Positions 50,338-59,836 of a DNA stretch of 64,000 nucleotides are shown here, piece after piece. The notes under the pieces were generated by a model, which ran no database searches, was not told where the DNA came from, and saw only the letters and a list, made by a program, of their open reading frames with translations. The DNA lies in contig JAQBEY010000120.1 in assembly GCA_032123655.1 (NCBI GenBank), forward strand, positions 2-64,001, written 5' to 3'. Position 1 is the first letter of the stretch; each line of letters starts with the position of its first letter. A program made the translations under genes and the position numbers. Source of the stretch: Betaproteobacteria bacterium. GTDB lineage: Bacteria > Pseudomonadota > Gammaproteobacteria > Burkholderiales > Casimicrobiaceae.

Positions 50338-51768
50338 CTAGTTTCCCTGCAAGCGGAAAATCCGCTTGATCCAGGTCTTGGCGGTGGGGGTCAGTCCCTC
50401 CTTCATCCGCTGATCCGCGACCCGCCGGTTGATCGATGCGAAGGTCGGATAGGTGTGGATGGTTCCCGAGATGTCCGCGGCCTTCATGCCCTTGGTGAGC
50501 GCCAGCGCATATTCGGCAATCAGTTCGCCGGCATGCGCACCGACGATCGCCGCGCCGAGCAATTTTCCTCTTGGATCGGTGACTATCTTGGCCAGGCCCT
50601 CGGACTCGCCTTCGGCCAGCGCGCGGTCGATTTCATCGAACGCGAAGCGATAGACGCGGTGATCGATGCCCTGCTGCTGCGCCTCGGTTTCCGACAGCCC
50701 GACCCGCGCGAGTTCGGGGTCGGTGAAGGTGCACCAGGGAATCACCCTGGTCGGTGCTGCCCACCACATGCGGAACAGTGCCTGGCGCAGCACGATGCCG
50801 GCATGGTGCTCGGCAACGTGGGTGAATTGCAGTCCGCCGGCGGCGTCGCCGATCACGTAGATGTGCGATTGCGAGGAGCGCAGTTTGGCGTCGACGACGA
50901 TGCGCCCGCGTTCGACCGCGACTCCGGCTGCTTCGAGCCCCAACCCTTCGATATTGGCGCGGCGTCCGGCGGCGAGCAGCAGATGCGTGGCCTCCAGCCT
51001 TTGCTCGCTGCCGTCCTTGCCTTTGATCGTCAGCGCGATCGCGCCCTTGCTGCCCTCGGCCCGGGTGATCGCCGCGTCGAAGTGATAGCGGATGCCCTCG
51101 GCCACCAGCTGGCGGTGCACCACCGCGGCGAGATCCGGGTCCTCGCGCGGCAGGATGGCCGGCGCCATGTCGATCACCGTGACTTCACTGCCCAGGCGGC
51201 GGAAGGCCTGCGCCATTTCGCTGCCGATCGGGCCGCTGCCGACGACCAGCAGCGAGGGCACCGGCTCGCGCAGGTCGAAGATGGTTTCGTTGGTGAGGTA
51301 GGGCACCGTGTCGATGCCCGGGATCGGCGGCACCGCGGCGCGCGAACCGGTGGCGATGACGAAGGACTTGCCGCGCAGCTTTCGTCCGCCGACTTCGAAG
51401 CAGTCCGGGCCGGTGAAATGGCCGTCGCCGAATGTCACGTCCACGCCCAGGCCGCGAAAACGTTCGGGACTGTCGTTGGGCTCGATGGTCGCAATGACTG
51501 CGCGCACGCGTTCCATGACCCGGGCGAGGTCTGGATGCGGTTCGGCCGGCGTCAGTGCCCAGCGATCGGCGTGGCGCATTTCGTAGGCGATCCGCGCCGA
51601 CTTGATCAGCGTCTTGGACGGCACGCAGCCGGTCCACAGGCAGTCGCCGCCCAGCCGGTGCTTTTCCACCAGCGCCACCTTGGCGCCCAGTGCGCTGCCG
51701 CCGGCCGCAACGACCAGGCCACCGGAGCCGCCGCCGATGACGACGATGTCGAATTCGGGTTGGGACAA
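50338..51768 (-). CDS. Flavoprotein disulfide reductase family (mercuric reductase/dihydrolipoamide dehydrogenase-like)
   Basis: FDIVVIGGGSGG...redox-active GGDCLWTGCVPSK...second Rossmann motif VVGSGPIGSEMA...C-terminal dimerisation domain TYPT. The proposed start is TTG 51768, 5 nt after GGAGG. The tracked ORF's 63 extra N-terminal codons have no family counterpart. Confidence 0.75.
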   Translation of the reverse strand: MSQPEFDIVVIGGGSGGLVVAAGGSALGAKVALVEKHRLGGDCLWTGCVPSKTLIKSARIAYEMRHADRWALTPAEPHPDLARVMERVRAVIATIEPNDSPERFRGLGVDVTFGDGHFTGPDCFEVGGRKLRGKSFVIATGSRAAVPPIPGIDTVPYLTNETIFDLREPVPSLLVVGSGPIGSEMAQAFRRLGSEVTVIDMAPAILPREDPDLAAVVHRQLVAEGIRYHFDAAITRAEGSKGAIALTIKGKDGSEQRLEATHLLLAAGRRANIEGLGLEAAGVAVERGRIVVDAKLRSSQSHIYVIGDAAGGLQFTHVAEHHAGIVLRQALFRMWWAAPTRVIPWCTFTDPELARVGLSETEAQQQGIDHRVYRFAFDEIDRALAEGESEGLAKIVTDPRGKLLGAAIVGAHAGELIAEYALALTKGMKAADISGTIHTYPTFASINRRVADQRMKEGLTPTAKTWIKRIFRLQGN

Positions 51769-51998
51769 GAAAACCTCCGTGATTGGACCCGCGAGGACAC
51801 GGCCGCACGCCCCAACCACGCGGGGCCGTGGGATTGTGTCGGACTGTTCTCCGGTGATCTTACAGAGAGTTCGGAGTTCGTACAGCGCGGCGCATGCATT
51901 CGACTTGCCTTGGTCATAGGGCCAGGCTGCGAGCGAATGCGCAGTGTCCATCACCAAAAGGCATCAGGCATACTGGAGTTTTTCGCCCCGATGTACCC

Positions 51999-53093
51999 AT
52001 GGACACGCCCAAGGTCAGCGTAATCGTTCGCAGCATCGGGCGTCCGACGCTGGCGTTGGCGCTGGCATCGATTGCCGCGCAGGGCTATCCGTTGGCCGAG
52101 GTCGTCGTGGTCGCGGCCACGGGCAACGCCCATCCGCCCGTACCTGACGCCTGCGGTCCGTATCCGATCCGCGAAGTGCGCCGCGCCGACCGCTTGCCGC
52201 GGCCGCAGGCCGCGGATGCGGGCATCCGCGCCGCCACCGGCGACTGGATCACCTTCCTCGACGACGATGACGAGGTGCTTCCCGGACACCTTGCGGGGCT
52301 GGTCACCAGTGCTGCAAATCAGCCCGGGGCGCGCGCCGTCAACGGCCGCGCATTGGCCACGTTTCGCATTGGCGACATGGAAGTCTGGGGCCAGCGTTTC
52401 GCCCTGGCGGAACTCTACCAGCGCAACTTCGTGCATCTTTCCACGCTGCTCTTTCATCGCTCGCTGCTGGAGGCGGGGATTGCGTTCGATCCCGAACTGC
52501 CGATGCACGAGGATTGGGATTTCGCCCTGCAGATCGCGCAGCACACGGCCTTTGCCGATTGGCCGCAGGCTACTTTTCGGTGGAATGCCGACGCCGGGAC
52601 CTCGGGCGCCGGTGGCGGCGAGAACAGCGACGACGCGGCCTTCGCGAAACACCGAGACTACGTCTACGCGAAATGGGCCGCCGACCGCGACGCGCTGGTG
52701 GAGCGCAGCCTCGCGCTTCTGCAGCGCGCGTCGGCAGCGGCGGGCGCCGGTCGGCTGGACGAGGCCGCGGCCGCCGCGACCGAGGTGCTAACCTTCAGCC
52801 AGAACGACCCATTTGCGCTCAATCTGCTGGCGCTGGTCGCAACCCGACAGGGCGACCGCGCGTCAGCGCTTCGCCAGCAGGCAACCGCGGTCGAGGTGCG
52901 TCCTGGCGACCCCGATCTGCACTACAACCTCGCGCTGGCGCGGCACGCGGCGGGCGACATCGACGGTGCCCGGACGGCGCTGAACGAGGCGCTCAAGCTC
53001 GATCCGGCGCATGCGCGCGCGGCGGCGAAGTTGCGCCAGTTCGCTCCGGCGCAGGTCTTCCCGCTGGCATCCGGGATTCCTCCGCAACGCTGA
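51999..53093 (+). CDS. Family-2 glycosyltransferase fused to C-terminal TPR repeats
   Basis: VSVIVRSIGRP...DWITFLDDDDE (DxD)...then TPR-like ...NLLALVATRQGDRASALRQQATAVEVRPGDPDLHYNLALARHAAGDIDGARTALNEALKLDP. Confidence 0.65.
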   Translation: MDTPKVSVIVRSIGRPTLALALASIAAQGYPLAEVVVVAATGNAHPPVPDACGPYPIREVRRADRLPRPQAADAGIRAATGDWITFLDDDDEVLPGHLAGLVTSAANQPGARAVNGRALATFRIGDMEVWGQRFALAELYQRNFVHLSTLLFHRSLLEAGIAFDPELPMHEDWDFALQIAQHTAFADWPQATFRWNADAGTSGAGGGENSDDAAFAKHRDYVYAKWAADRDALVERSLALLQRASAAAGAGRLDEAAAAATEVLTFSQNDPFALNLLALVATRQGDRASALRQQATAVEVRPGDPDLHYNLALARHAAGDIDGARTALNEALKLDPAHARAAAKLRQFAPAQVFPLASGIPPQR

Positions 53094-53182
53094 TCGGTCC
53101 ATCGGCGTGCTCGTGGCGACGACGTGGCGCAGATTGGGACTAGAGGGGCGTTGACGCCGCTCGATGGGGCGCCGGCCGGGAT

Positions 53183-53199
53183 GCCAGAAATTTTCTGGC
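53183..53199. terminator. Palindrome between convergent genes (possible bidirectional terminator)
   Basis: gccagaaa-t-tttctggc lies between the GT2-TPR stop and the LysR stop. The stem is weak and A/T-rich, so confidence is low. Confidence 0.25.
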
Positions 53200-53219
53200 G
53201 AAATGCCAACTGTCTTCGG

Positions 53220-54194
53220 TCAGCGAACCGAGGAGGCCGACCGGGCGCCGATATTTTCCCCGATCATGAGCTCGGCAGCAGCGATTTCGTGTTCCACCTC
53301 GATCAACGCCTGCTTGAATGCTTCGGCCGCCGGCGAGAGCGTGATCCCACGCCTGAAGACGAAACCGTAGGCAGTCTGCATCCATCCGGTGCGCGCCGAG
53401 AGGGGAACGAGCTTCCCCAGGGAGATTTCCTCCGCGATGGACACCAGCGGCGCAACGGCCACAGCGTCGCTGGCGGTCACCACGTCAGTCGCCATCCAGG
53501 TCGAGTCCACCTTGATCGGCGGCAGGTAATCCCCGGTATCCCGGTCGATCGAGCCGCCGCTGGCGAGTTCCATGAACGACTGCGCCACGCGTGACGGCAT
53601 GCGAGTCCCGACGAATGGAAAGCTCAGAATGCGCTTGAGCGAAGGATTCTTCTCCGCAAGCAGTGGATGGCCGGCTCGGCAATAGAAATAGGCCTGGTGC
53701 GAGGGCAGTTCTTCCGTGGCGATTCGCGGCTCCCCGGCGACGAGACTCCGCTCGATGACCGCCAAGTCGAGCCTGCCGGCCAGCAACGCGTCGATGATGC
53801 CCCGCAGGTCGCCATCCATCACGTCGATCCGAAGCTTCGGGTGCCGGCGCGCAAGGCGCCCGACGGCCTTCCCCACCGATATCCGGGCCGGGAACAGGCC
53901 TGTCCCGACGCGCAGTTCGCCGATCTCCCCGCCGCGCATCCTGCCGAAATCGCGCTCCAGTGTCGTCGCGCCGTCGAGCAAGCTGCGTCCGCGCGAAATG
54001 AACAACTCGCCGATCGCCGTGGGAACGACGCCCTGCGAGGTCCTGTTGAACAGCTTCTCGCCCACACGTGCCTCAAGCCGCGAAATGCTGCGCGACAGCG
54101 CGGGCTGCGTCAAATGCAGCGCCTGCGCCGCGCGCGCATAGTTCCCGTAGCTGGCAAGCGTAATTGCCTGGTGCAGGAGCTTTAGTTCAATCAC
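53220..54194 (-). CDS. LysR-family transcriptional regulator
   Basis: N-terminal HTH (LKLLHQAITLASYGNYARAAQALHLTQPALSRSISRLE) and a LysR substrate-binding domain. It is divergent from the arylsulfatase gene. Confidence 0.85.
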   Translation of the reverse strand: MIELKLLHQAITLASYGNYARAAQALHLTQPALSRSISRLEARVGEKLFNRTSQGVVPTAIGELFISRGRSLLDGATTLERDFGRMRGGEIGELRVGTGLFPARISVGKAVGRLARRHPKLRIDVMDGDLRGIIDALLAGRLDLAVIERSLVAGEPRIATEELPSHQAYFYCRAGHPLLAEKNPSLKRILSFPFVGTRMPSRVAQSFMELASGGSIDRDTGDYLPPIKVDSTWMATDVVTASDAVAVAPLVSIAEEISLGKLVPLSARTGWMQTAYGFVFRRGITLSPAAEAFKQALIEVEHEIAAAELMIGENIGARSASSVR

Positions 54195-54213
54195 GATGCC
54201 GCGATCTTATCAG

Positions 54214-54229
54214 GCCATGAATAAATGGC
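54214..54229. promoter_or_regulatory. Candidate LysR-type binding site
   Basis: gccat-gaataa-atggc, an interrupted palindrome 20 nt upstream of the LysR start in the divergent intergenic region. Confidence 0.3.
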
Positions 54230-54368
54230 ATTGGACGGCGTTTGCGGGCTCCGATTAACGTACGAGGCCGGCTCCGCATCGGGCCTTCGCGCGATGGCCG
54301 GGCTGCCGGCGGCGTGCACGCCGGACGAATCGCGGCAATTTCCAGGCAGTCGATTACCGGAGGTGCAA

Positions 54369-55928
<1,560 letters not shown>

Positions 55929-56062
55929 TCGCGACGGAGGTGACCGGCGCGCGTCGTCGCGCCGGTGGAGTTGTGCGGGCAATGAGCGAGTGCCTGCCGT
56001 GTCTGCCGGCAGGATCCGTGCAGGACATGAATTGAACAGCGATCGACCGAAGGACAGAGGTC

Positions 56063-56921
56063 ATGATCATCCCGCTTCAGTGGATAGGAATCTTCGCTGT
56101 CGGGCGGTGTTCGTCGTGATGTTCACGCTGGGGCTGATGCTCGGACGCGAGCAGATTGCCGCGGCGCTCGCGCGACGCGTCGTGCTCGCCGCGGTGATTT
56201 TCGCGGTGGTCGTGCCGATCCCGGCGCTGGCGGTGCTGATCGTCAAGGTCTTCCAGCCGCACCCTGCGGTGGCGCCGGCATTATCCTGATGGCGATTTCT
56301 CCCGGCGCGCCGGTCGCCCTGCGCCGCGCGCTTGACGCGGGCGGGCACCCCCACTTCGCGCCGGCGCTGCATCTGGCCATCGTCATGCTTGCCGTGGTGA
56401 CTGTGCCGACCAGCGTCCTGATCCTCGACTGGATCTTCAGCAAGGAGGTCGTGGTGTCGCCGCTGGACATCGGCCGGCAGGTGTTTTTTGCGCAACTGTT
56501 GCCGCTGGCGCTGGGCGCGACGCTGCGACGCTGGCGACCCGTGCTCGCGCAGAAGCTGGAACCGCGCCTGGCCAAGCTGGGCAATCTGCTGCTGATCGGC
56601 CTGGGCGTCATGGCGTTGGTCGACCTGCCGTCGATCATCCGTCATATCGGCTGGTTGCCGAGCCTTGCCGGCTTCGTCATGACCTTCGTGGCGCTGGCGG
56701 TCGGTGCTGCGTTCGCCTGGCGTGACCCCGAAGTGCGACCGGCCGCCGCAGTTGCCGCCGCGATGCGCAATCCCGGCCTGGCGCTGATGATCGCGTCGCT
56801 GAACCATGCCGGGCCGGCGGTGATTGCGGGCATCATCGGTTACGCGATCGGACTGGGCGTGGCGATGGTGGTATTCCTGCAGTGGCGCAAACGGGTGGTC
56901 GCGCGAGTACAGAGCGCGTAG
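56063..56921 (+). pseudogene. Bile acid:sodium symporter (BASS)-family transporter, apparently frameshifted
   Basis: Family-like sequence is split over frames. VMFTLGLMLGREQI... (frame of ORF 55990) stops at 56287-56289, and ...GIILMAISPGAPVA... continues in another frame (ORF 56289-56921). The junction is in the GC run gcggtggcgccggc (about 56266-56279). A second shift near 56105 is possible but weak. Confidence 0.5.
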
Positions 56922-57005
56922 CGCGCAAGGTGAAACGCCGTGCTTTGAAGCCGGATCGTCGTCACCGACTGCTATCATCGGTCCCGGACCACAGAGGTGA
57001 CTTCG

Positions 57006-57833
57006 ATGCTGCAGGCAACGGACTTGTGGAAATCCTATGCGGGAAAACCCGCAGTGGCCGGGGTTTCGTTCACTGCCGCGCGCGGTGAGATCCTAGGCCT
57101 GCTGGGACCCAACGGCGCAGGCAAGTCGACCACCGTTTCCATGCTCTGCGGACTGTTTCGGCCCGACCGCGGCACGGTGACCCTGGACGGCGAGCCGATC
57201 GGCGACAACGCCAACGGCGTCAAGCGCCGGATCGGACTGGTGACGCAGGAAATATCACTGCACGAGGAATTGTCCGCAATCGCCAATCTGCGGCTCTTTG
57301 GCGCGCTCTACGGTGTCGAGGGCGGCCTCCTGGACGAATGCTGCGCCGAGGCGCTCGATCTCGTCGGCTTGACCGATCGGGCGAAGTCGAAACCGGCGAC
57401 CTTCAGCGGTGGCATGAAGCGCCGTCTCAACATTGCCTGCGCGCTGGTTCACGATCCCGACGTGCTGATTCTCGACGAGCCTACCGTCGGCGTCGACCCG
57501 CAGAGTCGCAACGCCATCTTCGACAATCTCGAAGAATTGCGCTCACGCGGCAAGACGCTCGTCTACACCACGCACTACATGGAGGAGGTCGAGCGGCTCT
57601 GCGATCGCATCGTGATCATTGACCATGGCAAGGTGATCGCGGCCGACACTGCGGAAGGGCTGCAGCGCTTGCTGCCCCCGACCAGCACCCGTCGAATCGA
57701 GATCGAGGGTGTCGTTGACGAGGAGGTCCTTGCCTGGCTTGCCGGGCGTGGACTGGCGATTCGCGACGGACCGTCCGGTCCTTCGCTCGAAAACGTGTTC
57801 CTGCACCTCACCGGCCGGCAACTGAGGGACTGA
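57006..57833 (+). CDS. ABC transporter ATP-binding protein (ABC-2 exporter type)
   Basis: Walker A GPNGAGKST, signature FSGGMKRRL, Walker B VLILDEPT. ATG 57006 follows a GAGG Shine-Dalgarno sequence, and GTG 56997 is also in frame. Confidence 0.85.
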   Translation: MLQATDLWKSYAGKPAVAGVSFTAARGEILGLLGPNGAGKSTTVSMLCGLFRPDRGTVTLDGEPIGDNANGVKRRIGLVTQEISLHEELSAIANLRLFGALYGVEGGLLDECCAEALDLVGLTDRAKSKPATFSGGMKRRLNIACALVHDPDVLILDEPTVGVDPQSRNAIFDNLEELRSRGKTLVYTTHYMEEVERLCDRIVIIDHGKVIAADTAEGLQRLLPPTSTRRIEIEGVVDEEVLAWLAGRGLAIRDGPSGPSLENVFLHLTGRQLRD

Positions 57834-57835
57834 CC

Positions 57836-59128
57836 GTGAAGCCGCTGCTCGCGCTGGCGCGTGCCGACATCGTCATGTACCTGTCCAACCGGAGGGCGCT
57901 GCTGGTCACGCTTGCCGCTCCGATCCTTATCGCCGCGTTCTTCGGCTCGGTCCTTGGCGGGCCGCCGAAAAATCCGACGCGCGTTCCGCTGGCGATTGTC
58001 GACCTCGATTCCAGTGCGATAGCAAAGAGCATTGTTGGTGCGATGAAGGCCGATGCCAGCTTCGCGATCCAGGAGGTGGCCGAGCCGGAGGCAATCAATC
58101 TGGTGCGGACCGGAAAGGTGCGCGCGGCCGTGGTGATCTCTCCGGGCTTCGGCGATGCCGCCGCCCGCGCGCTATTTCAGCCAAATGTAAAAAAGCCCGA
58201 AATCCTGGTGCATTACGATCCCTCGCAGGCGATCGCGCTGGCAATCGTCAAGGGCCTGCTGACCGAACAGGTGATGAAGGCCGTGAGCAGCGCCGCGTTC
58301 TCGCGCGAGACCGGAAGTCCGGTCTTCGCGGGCATGCGAGTGGATGTGGAGAATAACGACAAGCTGGATGAGGTCCAGCGGCGCGACCTTCTGGCTCTTT
58401 TCGACAGTATCGACCGGGTGCAGACGAGCAGCGCCACGACCGACGCAACGACCAAGGGTGGCGCGACTCCGGGCTTCTCTATGCCCTTCGCGACGCGCGA
58501 ACTGGAGGTCACCTCGGGGGTTGACCGCAAGTACAACGGCTACGCGCATGCCTTTGCCGGGATGGGCGTGCAGTTCATCCTGTTCATGGGCATCGACCTG
58601 GGAATCGGCGTGCTCCTGATGCGGCGGCAGGGGATCTGGAAGCGACTGCGCGCCGCGCCGGTCTCGCGGGCACTCCTCCTGGGCAGCCGCATCGTTTCCG
58701 GAACGGTGATCGCGGTCATTCTGTTCGCCGGCATCTACGCCGCGGCGATTGCGTTTTTCGGCGTGCGCATCGAGGGCAGCTATCTGGGCTTCCTTGGCGT
58801 CGCCTTGGCGTTTGCACTGCTCACCGCCACCTTCGGCCTGCTCATTGCGGCCGTCGGCAGGACACCGGAGGCGACCCGCGGCATCGCCATCGTGGTGACG
58901 CTGCTGCTGGTCATGCTGGGCGGCGCGTGGGTGCCGACCTTTGTCTTTCCGGAGTGGCTGCAGACGGCGACCAAGGTGGTACCGACCCGCTGGGCCATCG
59001 ACGGGCTCGAGGCGATGACCTGGCGTGGGCTGGGTTTCGAGGCGGCGCTTGCGCCGATCGGCGTGATGCTGGCGTTCAGCGCGGTATTTGCGTGGATCGC
59101 GGTGAAGCGTTTCGATTGGGATGAATGA
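57836..59128 (+). CDS. ABC-2-type transporter permease
   Basis: N-terminal TM segment, a large periplasmic loop and a C-terminal cluster of about 5 TM segments. The GTG start is 2 nt after the ATPase stop. Confidence 0.75.
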   Translation: MKPLLALARADIVMYLSNRRALLVTLAAPILIAAFFGSVLGGPPKNPTRVPLAIVDLDSSAIAKSIVGAMKADASFAIQEVAEPEAINLVRTGKVRAAVVISPGFGDAAARALFQPNVKKPEILVHYDPSQAIALAIVKGLLTEQVMKAVSSAAFSRETGSPVFAGMRVDVENNDKLDEVQRRDLLALFDSIDRVQTSSATTDATTKGGATPGFSMPFATRELEVTSGVDRKYNGYAHAFAGMGVQFILFMGIDLGIGVLLMRRQGIWKRLRAAPVSRALLLGSRIVSGTVIAVILFAGIYAAAIAFFGVRIEGSYLGFLGVALAFALLTATFGLLIAAVGRTPEATRGIAIVVTLLLVMLGGAWVPTFVFPEWLQTATKVVPTRWAIDGLEAMTWRGLGFEAALAPIGVMLAFSAVFAWIAVKRFDWDE

Positions 59129-59242
59129 TTGGCACGCAATCGGCCTTGCATCCGATCATTGCCAGGAATTCGTCGGCGCCGACATTGGTGATCCGGACAA
59201 TGGATCGGAATTGAATCGCCGGCAACCTCGGGGAGGGACCGC

Positions 59243-59743
59243 ATGATCCGTGGCCTGCACCACAACGCCTACCGCTGCCGCGACTCGGAAGCGACGCGGC
59301 GTTTCTACCAGGAATTTCTCGGACTGCCGCTTGCCGGAACGCTGGAAATCGGCGAGACGATGAGCGGGCGCAAGACCAGCGCGCTGCATACGTTCTACCG
59401 GCTCGACGATGGCTCCTTTCTGGCGTTCTTCGAGACGCCCGACCAGCCCTTCGAATTCAAGGCGCAGCATGACTACGATCTGCACATCGCGTTGGAAGTC
59501 GATTTGAAGACCCTTCACGACATGCTGGCCAAGGGCAAGGCGGCGGGTGTCGAGACCCGGGGTGTTTCGGACCACGGATTCATTCACTCCATCTATTTCC
59601 GTGATCCGAATGGCTACGTGATCGAGCTCACGGCGAAGACGGCGGACCATGCCAACGCCATGGATCCGGCGCGCAACGGGGCGCGTGAAAAGCTCGATCG
59701 CTGGACTGCCGCAAAGAGGCGGACGTCGGCCGGCACAGGCTGA
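59243..59743 (+). CDS. VOC-family (glyoxalase/bleomycin resistance/dioxygenase) protein
   Basis: MIRGLHHNAYRCRD...FYQEFLGL...HIALEV...SIYFRDPNGYVIEL is the typical VOC pattern. Confidence 0.75.
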   Translation: MIRGLHHNAYRCRDSEATRRFYQEFLGLPLAGTLEIGETMSGRKTSALHTFYRLDDGSFLAFFETPDQPFEFKAQHDYDLHIALEVDLKTLHDMLAKGKAAGVETRGVSDHGFIHSIYFRDPNGYVIELTAKTADHANAMDPARNGAREKLDRWTAAKRRTSAGTG

Positions 59744-59836
59744 GCGGGATCGCCGCGACCGACGCTCTGGCGCAACGCCGCCACGGTCATCGGTCCGGCA
59801 GGCAGGCGGGCAAGAGGCGCCGCCCGCCGGCGGCGT

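Noticed and set aside
51769-51957. 63-codon N-terminal extension of the flavoprotein reductase ORF
   Set aside because: No family counterpart precedes the FAD Rossmann motif. A GGAGG Shine-Dalgarno sequence followed by TTG at 51768 gives a typical-length protein. The extension remains possible.
50248-52023. 591-aa plus-strand ORF, with similar long antisense ORFs at 34517-35788, 44540-45829 and 59909-61585
   Set aside because: All are antisense to genes with strong family signatures (flavoprotein reductase, FAD oxidoreductase, XdhC, SulP) and have low-complexity composition.
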